Assembly (NCBI GenBank): GCA_037443035.1
Contig: JBBIPC010000008.1
Coordinates: forward strand, 64,001 to 128,000
Source of the DNA: Chthonomonadales bacterium
GTDB lineage: Bacteria > Armatimonadota > Chthonomonadetes > Chthonomonadales > CAJBBX01
Length of the DNA stretch: 64,000 nucleotides
Reading direction: 5' to 3'
Within the stretch, counting starts at the first letter, position 1. The number at the start of each line of letters is the position of its first letter. Below, in pieces: positions 41,540 to 51,489 of this stretch. Position numbers and translations under genes: made by a program. The notes under the pieces were generated by a model that was not told the DNA's origin, did not search any database, and saw only the letters and a list, made by a program, of their open reading frames with translations.

Positions 41540-42582
41540 GATGTCATACTCCGGATGGCCTTGGCTCCGCCGGGTAGGTGTTCCCTCGCATAGCGGACCA
41601 TGGCACGGACATTCTCGTGGGGTGTGTCGCGCGGCACTTCGCAACCAGCGCCTACGATGTAACGGGGACCGGCCTCGAGATGGCAGCTCTGGATGGCGGC
41701 GAAGACGTCCTCCGGCTTCCGGTCGCGTAGTACGCGAACGGGATCTATGTTACCTAGCAGCACTTGATATTCCCCCATAGCGGCGCGGCCCTCAGCCATG
41801 GAAGATGGGTAGTCCAGATCTATAATCTCCGCGCCCGTCATGCCCATACCCCGCAGGATCCGACGCGTGTTGCCACAAATGTGGAGACGGACGAGTGCCC
41901 CCATGGCGTGGACTGCTGCCACCATGCGCTTCTCGTAGGGAAGCACGAACTCCTCGTAGATGCGTGGGCCGACCAGCGAAGCAGCAGCGTCGCCGATCCC
42001 GATGATGTCCGCACCCGCCTGAACCTGCTTCTCGGCGAAGGCTATCTCGAGCTCCAGCACATACTCGAACAGCTCCCGAACGAACGTCGGGTCATCGGAG
42101 AAGTCTGTCATGAGATTGCCAATACCGCGCAGATCAGCGGCTTCTGCGCACGGCCCTTCGATCCAGCCCTCGAGGATCTTGTCCCGACCAACCATCGCCT
42201 TCAGCAGAGAGATGGCCTCCAAGCGGTCCGTCATGCGCGTTCCGCAGACAGTCCTTGGGTCCGGGAGCTGTAGGAGAAGGCTCTTGTCCGCGAGGAGGGG
42301 ATTGGCCCCATCCATCGCTGGGGGCGTGTCCTCTTCGATGACAACCGAAGCTCCAAGGTCTCCTGCCTCGCGAGCCGGATCGGAGATCGCGCTCACGTAA
42401 TCGAAGTCGAAGACTTCGGCCACCCGCGTTTGAGCCTCGGCAAGAACGCGATGGTCCAGCGCGTACCGGCGATAGGGGACATTGCTCAGACAGGATGCGA
42501 ACTGCATGGTGATCGGCATGGCGGGCAAGCAGTCCACAGCTTCGCCTCGCACATGTCTCAGGACTCGCTCTCGACCTGTCAT
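41536..42582 (-). CDS. UroD/MtaA-CmuA family corrinoid methyltransferase-like protein
   Basis: MTGRER, EA.DLGA, LHICG, GNIDP and GCEVP..TP.EN (H-x-C...C Zn ligands). Confidence 0.85.
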
Positions 42583-42713
42583 AGGCTTCCCCCAGTCGGC
42601 CAGAGTATATCCTACAAGCAGGAGAGGTAGGACATTCGTCAGAATACAGTGCGTGAAGTTAGGCAACGTGCCGTGGTAGAGATGTACTGGGGCACAGCCA
42701 ATGGGGGTTCGAC

Positions 42714-44162
42714 ATGGAGAGGCTTTCGAGGCGGCGACTGCTCGAGGATTCGGTGCTGGCGCTCGGAACGATGAGCATCGCCACCATGGCGGAGACATCC
42801 GCCAGGAGTCAGGCCGGCCGGAAGGCGGGTCCGAATGATCGCATTCGGGTGGCAATCGTTGGCGTACACGGTCAGGGAAGGAGCCACGTGCGTGCTTATG
42901 CTGCGATGAACGACGTGGATATCGTGGCGATCTGCGACGCTGATACCGCGACCTTCGCGCCGGCGTTGGAGATCGTGCGGCAGGCGGGGAAGCGCGAACC
43001 CGAGACCGTTCAGGACGTGCGGCGGGTTCTGGACAGGAAGGACATTGACTGTGTCACCTCGGCTACGCCGAACCACTGGCATGCTCTGCTGGCCATTTGG
43101 GCCATGCAGTCGGGCAAGGACGTGTACATGGAGAAACCCGCCTCCCACGAGGTCCTGGAGGGCCGACGCATGGTGGAGGCGGCGCGCAAGTACAATCGGA
43201 TCTGCCAGATCGGCACGCAGAGCCGCTCCAACAAAGGCATGCGGGACGCCATTGCCTTCATCCAGAAGGGAGGCATCGGCAAGGTGTATCTCGCGCGTGG
43301 GCTCTGCTACAAACCACGGGGCAGTATCGGCAAGGTCAGCGCTCCTACGCCGGTTCCGTCCACTGTGGATTACGATCTCTGGTCCGGCCCAGCGCCGATC
43401 AAGCCGGTCATGCGACGTCAATTCCATTACGACTGGCACTGGCAATGGGACTACGGCAACGGCGATATCGGCAACCAGGGCGTCCACGAGATGGACAAGG
43501 CGCGCTGGGGGTTGGGGAAGCGGACCTTCCCGAAGTCCGTACTAGGTCTGGGTGGTCGGTTCGGCTACGAGGACGATGGCGAAACGCCCAACACGGAGCT
43601 AGTTTTCCTGGAGTATGACGACGCATGGCTCATCTTCGAGGTACGAGGACTGGAGACCAACGACCTGCGTGGCGCTCGGATCGGCAACATCTGGTACGGA
43701 ACCAAGGGCATCGTGGTGTCCAACAGTTACAGCTCGGCCGTCGCATATGACCTCAGGGGCGAGAGGATCGCCAAGTTCGACGGCGGTGGCGATCATCATC
43801 GCAACTTCATCGAAGCAGTCCGGAGCCGCAAGCGCTCGGATCTCCACTGCGAAGTGGAGGAAGGGCACCTTTCTGCTGCTCTCTGCCATCTTGGCAACAT
43901 CTCCTATCGTCTTGGCAGCGAGGAACCCTTCAGCAACAAGACGAAGCGTTTCGGCGACGGAAACAACGAGATCTGGGAGACGTTCGGACGGTTCGAAGAC
44001 CATTTGGCGGCAAATGGCATCAAGCTGCGAGACGGCGTCTACCGATTGGGACGTAGGCTCCGCATCGATCCGGTAGCGGAGCGTTTCATCGGCGATGAAG
44101 AGGCGAACCGAATGCTAACCCGCCAGTATCGTCCGCCGTTCGTGGTCCCGGACCGAGTATAG
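42714..44162 (+). CDS. Tat-exported Gfo/Idh/MocA oxidoreductase
   Basis: SRRRLL Tat signal; ATPNHWH, KDVYMEKP and GDIGNQGVH. Confidence 0.9.
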   Translation: MERLSRRRLLEDSVLALGTMSIATMAETSARSQAGRKAGPNDRIRVAIVGVHGQGRSHVRAYAAMNDVDIVAICDADTATFAPALEIVRQAGKREPETVQDVRRVLDRKDIDCVTSATPNHWHALLAIWAMQSGKDVYMEKPASHEVLEGRRMVEAARKYNRICQIGTQSRSNKGMRDAIAFIQKGGIGKVYLARGLCYKPRGSIGKVSAPTPVPSTVDYDLWSGPAPIKPVMRRQFHYDWHWQWDYGNGDIGNQGVHEMDKARWGLGKRTFPKSVLGLGGRFGYEDDGETPNTELVFLEYDDAWLIFEVRGLETNDLRGARIGNIWYGTKGIVVSNSYSSAVAYDLRGERIAKFDGGGDHHRNFIEAVRSRKRSDLHCEVEEGHLSAALCHLGNISYRLGSEEPFSNKTKRFGDGNNEIWETFGRFEDHLAANGIKLRDGVYRLGRRLRIDPVAERFIGDEEANRMLTRQYRPPFVVPDRV

Positions 44163-44301
44163 CCGGCACACTGTAACGCGGCGACCATGGTCGTGCCTAG
44201 CTTGCGTCTCCAACGCATTCGGTAATAGAATATCGGCGTAATTGGAGGCACCTTTGCACCAGCGTTCGAACGAGGAGGCCGTTGAGAAGCGCGGTCACCT
44301 G

Positions 44302-44787
44302 ATGGGCATCGGGATTCGTTGGGCGGCAGTGGGCGTCCTGCTGGCACTCGTGGTCGCCGGACTGCACCTGCCGGATTGGAGTCCTGACGAGCCACCGGTG
44401 TTCGGCGACAGACCTCCGACTCGCGGTGACATCGCGTCCGTAGTCGGCATTGGTCCTGTGGATCCCGCTTCCGAGCGCGCCGTCAAGTTCGCAACGATGC
44501 TCACTCAGCGGTATCGTGACCAGAACTACGCGGTGCGAGTCATTCTTCGGCCGGCCGGGGATATCGAGCTTAGGTGTGGTGCGAACATGGCCCGCCGACA
44601 GATGGCGCTCGTCGCGTCGCAAGTTCAGGGCGATGCCAGGGCCATCTTCGGCAGGACCTTCGACATGGACCTCTACGAGACCTATGCTGCGGGGCCGAAG
44701 CGGAAGATCGCGATCATGCGGATGGGCCCAAGGGGATCGCCTGTTCTCCGGTTCATCGTTCCGGAGAACCCTCCGACGGAACCCTGA
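44302..44787 (+). CDS. Hypothetical membrane-anchored protein
   Basis: N-terminal hydrophobic segment; fills the gap between co-oriented genes; no recognisable motif. Confidence 0.55.
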   Translation: MGIGIRWAAVGVLLALVVAGLHLPDWSPDEPPVFGDRPPTRGDIASVVGIGPVDPASERAVKFATMLTQRYRDQNYAVRVILRPAGDIELRCGANMARRQMALVASQVQGDARAIFGRTFDMDLYETYAAGPKRKIAIMRMGPRGSPVLRFIVPENPPTEP

Positions 44788-44907
44788 CCATGACAGTATC
44801 CAGCTGGATGTCCACCGTACGCTGGTAGGGAATGGGTGAGAGTATGTCGAAAGCTACGGGGACGCTTTCGGGCCTGGGCGATCTCATGCATCTTGGAGCC
44901 ATGCTAG

Positions 44908-46077
44908 ATGACTCATCGTGAACGCTTTCGTCGCGTGATGCACTACCAGACGGTGGACCGGGGAATCCACTGGGACTTCGGGTACCTGACCGAGGCCATG
45001 GACCGTTGGGTTCAGGAAGGACTGCCGAAGGAGGTTGGGGGAGCGGATGTGCCGGGCGATCGCATGGGTAGGATCAGCGCCTATTTCGGCAAGGATCCGA
45101 CCATGCACGTCCCCGTGCTGATCGGTCTCCATCCTGGTTTCCCGTACGAGGTCATCGAGGTTCGCGAACGAACTATCGTGCACCGGGACGGCGAAGGCAA
45201 CATTGTCGAGGAGATCAAGGAGGGGGAGCACACGATCCCCCATGTGATCGAGAACGGACTGAAGAGCAGGAAGGACTGGGAGAAGTACAAGGCCATGCTG
45301 GATCCCAACGATCCGGCGCGCCATCAATGGGACTACAAGAGCCTGGCTCCACAGTTCAACAGTGCTGACGTTCCTGTTGTCGTCGGCATCGGCTCCTTCG
45401 TAGGCTGGATTCGGAACTGGGTGGGTGCCGCCAACCTGGCTTATCTCATCTACGACGAGCCGGACCTATTCTCTGAGATGGTGAATACGCTCTGTGACTT
45501 GTTCGTCGCAGTGCTGGAACCGGCACTGAAGGAGATAGAGGTGGATCTGGCATGGGGCTGGGAGGACATCTGCTTCAACAACGGCCCCCTCATCGGTCCC
45601 AACCTATGGCGCAACTACGTGTCCGAACCCATGACGCGTGTGTGCAAGCTCCTACGCCGGCACGGGGTGGACATCATCTTGACCGACTGTGACGGGAATG
45701 TGCAGGCTCTGGCGCCGGTCTGGCTGGAATGCGGTCTGAACGGCATGTTCCCGTGCGAGGTGGCCGGTGGCTCGGACCCAGTACTGCTCCGGAAGCAACT
45801 TGGCAAGGATGCGGTTCTGTTCGGTGGCGTCAATAAGCGCATGCTCACCAGCAAAGAGGATATCCTCGCCGAGCTGCGCCGCCTGACGCCCCTCGTCGAG
45901 GAGGGAGGGTACATACCGTTCGTGGATCATCGGATCCCCGGCTACGTCTCCTACGAGAATCATCGTTACTATGAGCGTGAGAAGTTAGCCATGCTGGGGT
46001 TCAGCAAGGAGGAAGTGGAAGCCATCGAACCCCTGCGTGGCATGCCAGAACCGACTCTGAAGTCGGTCTATGGTTAG
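44908..46077 (+). CDS. UroD-superfamily protein (second, divergent paralogue)
   Basis: MTHRERF, WEDI..NNGPLI.P, DCDG, GGVNK and GGYIP.VDH.IP. Confidence 0.85.
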   Translation: MTHRERFRRVMHYQTVDRGIHWDFGYLTEAMDRWVQEGLPKEVGGADVPGDRMGRISAYFGKDPTMHVPVLIGLHPGFPYEVIEVRERTIVHRDGEGNIVEEIKEGEHTIPHVIENGLKSRKDWEKYKAMLDPNDPARHQWDYKSLAPQFNSADVPVVVGIGSFVGWIRNWVGAANLAYLIYDEPDLFSEMVNTLCDLFVAVLEPALKEIEVDLAWGWEDICFNNGPLIGPNLWRNYVSEPMTRVCKLLRRHGVDIILTDCDGNVQALAPVWLECGLNGMFPCEVAGGSDPVLLRKQLGKDAVLFGGVNKRMLTSKEDILAELRRLTPLVEEGGYIPFVDHRIPGYVSYENHRYYEREKLAMLGFSKEEVEAIEPLRGMPEPTLKSVYG

Positions 46078-46116
46078 GATGTCATATTAGTGCTGTATCG
46101 AGGAGGTGCATCAGGC

Positions 46117-47565
46117 ATGGACGACAGTACACGGATGACGCGGCGAGAGGTGCTGGGGGTAGCCGCCGGCGCGGTAGGTGTGCTCGGTCTGCCAGCCTCT
46201 GCTTGGGGGCGCATCCTGGGCGCGAACGAGGACATTCGCGTGGCGGTTGTAGGTTTCCGCGGTCGTGGCGGCAGCCACATTGGCGCGTTCAGCAACATGC
46301 AGGGCGTCCGGGTTGTGGCTCTCTGCGACTGCGACGAGACTGTACTGAACCGTGGGGTGAAGGCGCTGCAAGATAAGGGCGTGTCTGTGGACGGCTACAC
46401 GGACGTTCGCAAGGTGCTGGAGCGCAAGGACGTAGACGTCATCGCCACAGCTACGCCAAACCATTGGCACTCGCTGATCACCGTCTGGGCGTGCCAGGCG
46501 GGCAAGGATGTGTACGTCGAGAAGCCTGTGTCTCACAACGTGTGGGAAGGGCGGCAAGCCGTGTTGGCGGCGCGCAAGTACCGGCGCATCGTGCAGGCTG
46601 GGACGCAAGGACGATCGAGCGGGGCATGGCGGGAGGCATGGGCCTGGCTGGCAGAAGGCCATATCGGCAAGATCCAGATCGCTCGGGGGCTCTGCTACAA
46701 GCGGCGCGACAGTATCGGCAAAGTGGATGGACCTCAGCCGATACCGGAAGGAGTGGATTATGACTTGTGGTGCGGTCCCGCGGAAAAGCTGCCTCTCATG
46801 CGGAAGAACCTGCACTACGATTGGCACTGGGTTTGGAACACGGGCAATGGAGACCTAGGCAACCAGGGCATCCACCAGATGGATATCGCTCGCTGGTCAC
46901 TGGGCAAGATGGAGCTCGCGCATCGGGTGATCAGTATCGGCGGTCGCCTCGGCTATGTGGATGACGGAGAGACTGCCAACACACAACTGGTGGTTCTGGA
47001 CTGGCCGGACGCGCGCATCATCTTCGAAGTACGCGGCCTGCCCGAGCGATCGGGCTCCAACGCCATGGATAGGTATCGCGGCGAGGGTGTCGGCAACGTC
47101 ATCGAGTGCGAAGGGGGACACATAGCCGGTAACCGAGCCTACGACAAAGACGGCAAACTCATGAAGGAGTTCACCGGTCAGGGGTTCCGAGGGGGAGATC
47201 ATTTCGCGAACTTCATCGAGGCGGTCCGCAGCCGCAAAGTGGAGGATCTGAACGCCGATATCCTCGAAGGACATCTTTCCAGCGCTCTCTGCCACCTGGG
47301 CAACATCTCCTACCGGCTGGGCCGGCAGGCCGATCCCGAGGAAGTACGTGCGGCCGTCGCAACTGACGCAGCCGCCGCGGAGACGCTGTCGCGCATGGAG
47401 GAGCACCTCGCGCGCAATGGTGTGGACCTCGGGAGAAGCCGCCTGACGGTCGGAATTCCCTTGCGTGTGGATCCAAAGCGAGAACGTTTCGTCGGCAACC
47501 GGCAGGCCGATGCGCTCTTGACCCGTCGGTACCGACCAGGCTTCGAGGTGCCCGCGCGGGTGTAG
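46117..47565 (+). CDS. Tat-exported Gfo/Idh/MocA oxidoreductase
   Basis: TRREVL Tat signal; ATPNHWH, KDVYVEKP and GDLGNQGIH; AGGAGG SD. Confidence 0.9.
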   Translation: MDDSTRMTRREVLGVAAGAVGVLGLPASAWGRILGANEDIRVAVVGFRGRGGSHIGAFSNMQGVRVVALCDCDETVLNRGVKALQDKGVSVDGYTDVRKVLERKDVDVIATATPNHWHSLITVWACQAGKDVYVEKPVSHNVWEGRQAVLAARKYRRIVQAGTQGRSSGAWREAWAWLAEGHIGKIQIARGLCYKRRDSIGKVDGPQPIPEGVDYDLWCGPAEKLPLMRKNLHYDWHWVWNTGNGDLGNQGIHQMDIARWSLGKMELAHRVISIGGRLGYVDDGETANTQLVVLDWPDARIIFEVRGLPERSGSNAMDRYRGEGVGNVIECEGGHIAGNRAYDKDGKLMKEFTGQGFRGGDHFANFIEAVRSRKVEDLNADILEGHLSSALCHLGNISYRLGRQADPEEVRAAVATDAAAAETLSRMEEHLARNGVDLGRSRLTVGIPLRVDPKRERFVGNRQADALLTRRYRPGFEVPARV

Positions 47566-48300
47566 ATGATGCTCCTGCCGATCATCGTGGCGCTGATCGC
47601 CAGTCAGACGCCTCGTCCTGCATCCTGGCAGAACCTGTTCGACGGCAGGTCATTCCACGGCTGGACCAATACTGAGGGAAGCCCAGTAGGCAAGGGATGG
47701 ATCATCGAGGATGGTTGCATCAGGCGCGTGTCGACAGGTGCCATGGACATCATCACGACGCGTGTCTTCCGTGATTTCGAGCTAGAGCTGGAATGGAAGC
47801 TCCGTCCTGGAAGCAACAGCGGCATCAAGTACCGATTGCACCGAATGCCGGACGGCAAGTGGCTCGGGCCGGAGTATCAGATCATGGACGATCGCGTCCC
47901 ACCGGAACCTGTCCACAAAGGGAGCTGCGGCGCACTTTACTCCATCAAGGAGCCGCGCGCCGACGTGCGGCAGAGACCTCCCGGAGAGTGGAACCGGACG
48001 CGGATCGTGGCTCGGGGCGGTCACATCGAGCATTGGCTCAACGGTCGGAAGCTCCTAGAGATGGACCAGGATACGCCGGAGTGGACTGAACGCCTCGACA
48101 AGAGTAAGTTCGCTGCTTACGATGGCTACCGCGTGTGGTTTGCCCGTACACCAGGCCCCATCCTCCTGCAGGACCACGGCGGGAGCGTCTGGTTTCGCCG
48201 CATACGCATTCGTGAACTGGCGCCGCCAGAAGCCGGTCCGGTGACGTCGGTGCCCTCGAGACCCGGACCACGTACCGAAACCCCAAGTGGAGGACGGTGA
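47566..48300 (+). CDS. DUF1080 (3-keto-disaccharide hydrolase-like) protein
   Basis: LFDG.S..GW, DFELELEWK, NSGIKY, EYQI.DD, GEWN and LQDHG..VWFR.I.IREL. Confidence 0.9.
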   Translation: MMLLPIIVALIASQTPRPASWQNLFDGRSFHGWTNTEGSPVGKGWIIEDGCIRRVSTGAMDIITTRVFRDFELELEWKLRPGSNSGIKYRLHRMPDGKWLGPEYQIMDDRVPPEPVHKGSCGALYSIKEPRADVRQRPPGEWNRTRIVARGGHIEHWLNGRKLLEMDQDTPEWTERLDKSKFAAYDGYRVWFARTPGPILLQDHGGSVWFRRIRIRELAPPEAGPVTSVPSRPGPRTETPSGGR

Positions 48301-48301
48301 A

Positions 48302-49297
48302 ATGTCTTGGGATGCTGCAGTAGAAGACCTCTTCCGAGCAGTTCTTGGGGCGCTCTGCCTGACGTTGGCAGGGATGGCCTCGAGCGCGCCTGTGATGAAG
48401 GCCCAAGTGGCCGCGGACGGGCAGGTGGACATCCAGGAGAATGGCAAGCCGGTCTTGCGCTACAACTACCGGACCGTCGAGCCAGGGGAACGCCTGAAGG
48501 AAATCGCGCAGGCGAATCTTATCTACGCACGTGCACGCAGTGACTACATTCATCCGCTCTACGGCTTCCATGGTGAGGAGCTGACGAAGGACCTACCGGT
48601 GGACCATCCCCATCACAGGGGTATCTACTGGGCGTGGCCGGAGACCAAGTACGGTGAGGAAATGGGCGATCTCCACGCTCTGCAGCGCGTCTTCGCTCGT
48701 CCGACGGGCCGAATCCGCGTTCGGAGCGGGGCCGACTACGCCGAGATCGTGGCCGAGAACCAGTGGATGTGGGATGACAAGGAACCCATTGTGCACGAGA
48801 CCGCAACGATCCGTGCATATCGTTCCGGTAGGGCAGGCCGCTTCGTTGACCTGGTCTTCCGGATCAAAGCACTGAAGCCTGGCGTCAGTCTTGCCCGACG
48901 CGGCACGAATGCGTATGGTGGGCTGAACATGCGGATGAACGCAGTCCAGAACCAGGAGATTGTCTTCCACACGGACCCACCGCAGTCAGCGTCGCGTCGA
49001 GCATGGGCCTACCTTGCCGGCACGTTCGCAGGCGGGAGTGAACCGACGGCGGTGGTCGTCATGCAGCATCCCGGAAACCCCGACTACCCGGGAGACTGGG
49101 TGAAGTTTCCTGAGCTGAACTGGTACCAGCCCACGTTCCCGGCCGCCAACACACGCTACTCGCTCGAGCCGGGCAAGCCGCTGGTACTCCGTTACCGTCT
49201 CTGGATCCGTCCAGGTGGTGCGCCCGCCGAGTCCGCATGCAACGCCGCATGGGAGGATTTCGCCAGCAACCGTGCGCCCAGGGCTGTCGTGCCCTGA
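48302..49297 (+). CDS. DUF6807 ('PmoA family') exported protein
   Basis: YIHPL, DHPHHRGI.WAW, YGGL..R and HP.NP; hydrophobic N-terminus. Confidence 0.8.
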   Translation: MSWDAAVEDLFRAVLGALCLTLAGMASSAPVMKAQVAADGQVDIQENGKPVLRYNYRTVEPGERLKEIAQANLIYARARSDYIHPLYGFHGEELTKDLPVDHPHHRGIYWAWPETKYGEEMGDLHALQRVFARPTGRIRVRSGADYAEIVAENQWMWDDKEPIVHETATIRAYRSGRAGRFVDLVFRIKALKPGVSLARRGTNAYGGLNMRMNAVQNQEIVFHTDPPQSASRRAWAYLAGTFAGGSEPTAVVVMQHPGNPDYPGDWVKFPELNWYQPTFPAANTRYSLEPGKPLVLRYRLWIRPGGAPAESACNAAWEDFASNRAPRAVVP

Positions 49298-49330
49298 GGC
49301 CGACTGGTGCCGGAAGAGGAGGTTCGCGCA

Positions 49331-50695
49331 ATGACCAACACAGCGTCTGAGACCGAGAAAGATCAACCGAGCCGCCGGCAGTTCCTCGCTACCGCAGCGG
49401 CAACCGCTGTCGCCCTGCCTACCGTTGTGCCCGCTTCGGCACTTGGAAAGGATGGCACGGTAGCACCATCCGAACGCATCAGCCTGGGCGCCATCGGCGT
49501 CAACGGCATGGGGCAGGCGAACTTGGCCAACTGCGCCGCGTACCCCGATGTCGTTGTCACCGCTGTATGTGACGTCGCGAAGAGCCGCAGAGACGCCGTC
49601 GTGGAGAGGTACAAGAGCACCGCCAAAGGCTACAACGACTATCGGGAGGTGCTGGCCAGGCCCGATGTGGATGCCGTGATCATCGCCACACCGCCGCACT
49701 GGCATGCGCTCATGGCCATCGAGGCATGTCGAGCAGGCAAGGACATCTACGTCCAGAAGCCCATGACGCTCTATCCCGACGAGACCCTCGCCGTCCGGAA
49801 CGCGGTCAACAAGCACAAGAGGGTGAGTCAGGTCGGGACACAGGTGCACGCGTCCGAGAATTACCGCCGCGTGGTGGAGTGGATAAGGTCAGGTAAGCTG
49901 GGTCGCATCAGCGTGGTACGGACGTTCAATGTCATGAATCAGGGGCCGGACGGAATCGGCTATGCCCCGAAGGAGGATCCACCGCCTGGAGTGGACTGGG
50001 AGATGTGGTGCGGACCTGCTCCACTCTGTCCCTTCAACCGGCTGCTGTTCGCCGACGCATACTACCATTGTTCCTTCTTCGCGTACAGTGGTGGCTGGAC
50101 CCCGGGGATGGCGCCTCATATCATCGACCTGCCTGTGTGGGCGCTGGATCTGGGCGTTCCCCTGGTGACCTCGTGCACAGGTGGACGCTATGTCATCAAG
50201 GGCGACGGGGATGCTCCGGACACGCAGGAGGTGACGTGGTGGTACCCCGGTCTGACCATGACCTGGAGCATGTCCTGCTGCAACAGCTTCGCTTTCGACT
50301 TCGGAAGAGGGACGCCGGCGCGTCGGTTGGGAATCTACTTCCATGGGCTGCGCGGCACGCTCATCGCTGATTACGGCCGGTGCGAAGTGGTGCCCGAAGG
50401 AGATCTGCTGACGGATAGCGCAGCGCCTCCGAAGAGCATTCCGCCGTCACCTGGGCACGAGAGGGAGTGGCTGGACTGCATCAAGACCCGCCAGGAACCG
50501 AGCTGCAGCGTGAACTACCACTGGAAAGTGGATCTGCCCCTGACCCTGGCGAACGTAGCATACCGCCTTGGCCGAAATGTGAGATTCGATCCGAAGACAG
50601 AACGCATCGTGGGGGATGCGGAAGCCGTGAAGCTGGCGCGTCCGGCCTACCGCTCGCCATGGAAGTTCCCCGTCGAATACCTTAGGAAGGCGTGA
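49331..50695 (+). CDS. Tat-exported Gfo/Idh/MocA oxidoreductase
   Basis: SRRQFL Tat signal; ATPPHWH, KDIYVQKP (Q in place of the usual E) and HIID. Confidence 0.9.
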   Translation: MTNTASETEKDQPSRRQFLATAAATAVALPTVVPASALGKDGTVAPSERISLGAIGVNGMGQANLANCAAYPDVVVTAVCDVAKSRRDAVVERYKSTAKGYNDYREVLARPDVDAVIIATPPHWHALMAIEACRAGKDIYVQKPMTLYPDETLAVRNAVNKHKRVSQVGTQVHASENYRRVVEWIRSGKLGRISVVRTFNVMNQGPDGIGYAPKEDPPPGVDWEMWCGPAPLCPFNRLLFADAYYHCSFFAYSGGWTPGMAPHIIDLPVWALDLGVPLVTSCTGGRYVIKGDGDAPDTQEVTWWYPGLTMTWSMSCCNSFAFDFGRGTPARRLGIYFHGLRGTLIADYGRCEVVPEGDLLTDSAAPPKSIPPSPGHEREWLDCIKTRQEPSCSVNYHWKVDLPLTLANVAYRLGRNVRFDPKTERIVGDAEAVKLARPAYRSPWKFPVEYLRKA

Positions 50696-50718
50696 TCGTC
50701 GAGGCCGGTCGCCGTACC

Positions 50719-51474
50719 TTAGTGGCCGGCCTCGCTCTCGCCCGCGACCTCCATCTCGCCGACCTTGATGGCAATGTCGGCACGTTCTTCGATCTTGGCG
50801 ATCTGACCGTCCCGTATCCAAACAATCCGATCTGAAACGTCGAGCATCTTGAGGTCGTGAGTGGCCGAGATAATAGTCACGCCCTGCTCACGGTTCAGGC
50901 GTTTCAGCAGTTCGATGATCTCTTTTCCGGTGTTCAGGTCGAGGTTGCCAGTGGGCTCGTCTGCGAGGATGATGGAGGGGTTATTGGCCAGCGCGCGAGC
51001 TATGGCGACACGCTGCTGCTGGCCACCAGATAGCTCGGATGGCTTGTGATGCAGGCGCTCCCCGAGTCCGACCAGGTTGAGCAGCTCGATGCCGCGCTCG
51101 ATCCCCTCGTCTGTGCTCATGCCTGCGAAAACGGTGGGAAGCGTCACGTTCTCGAGGGCCGTCATGACCGGGATGAGGTTGAACGTCTGGAAGATGTAAC
51201 CGATGGTGTGGCACCGGAGGTAGGCGAGCTCTTGCGCATCGAGCTGGGCCATGTCCACGTCGTTGATGAAGACGCTGCCTGACGTCGGCTTGTCGAGACC
51301 GCCGATGGCGTTGAAGAGGGTGGACTTGCCCGACCCGGAGGGACCCATGATGGAAATGTACTCGCCGCGGTACACGTCCAGGTTGATGCCGTTGAGCGCT
51401 TTGAGTACCTGGTCGCCCATGGTGTACTCTTTGACGAGGTCCTTCGTGCGTACGACGTATTCGTTAGCGGCCAT
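50719..51474 (-). CDS. LolD/MacB-type ABC transporter ATPase
   Basis: [24 protein letters not shown] and ADEPTGNLD. Confidence 0.95.
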   Translation of the reverse strand: MAANEYVVRTKDLVKEYTMGDQVLKALNGINLDVYRGEYISIMGPSGSGKSTLFNAIGGLDKPTSGSVFINDVDMAQLDAQELAYLRCHTIGYIFQTFNLIPVMTALENVTLPTVFAGMSTDEGIERGIELLNLVGLGERLHHKPSELSGGQQQRVAIARALANNPSIILADEPTGNLDLNTGKEIIELLKRLNREQGVTIISATHDLKMLDVSDRIVWIRDGQIAKIEERADIAIKVGEMEVAGESEAGH

Positions 51475-51489
51475 TTCGTCGAGCCCTTT

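Noticed and set aside
48302..49297. 'PmoA family' label read as methane monooxygenase
   Set aside because: This is a soluble exported DUF6807-type protein with no pmoB or pmoC, in a carbohydrate-gene context.
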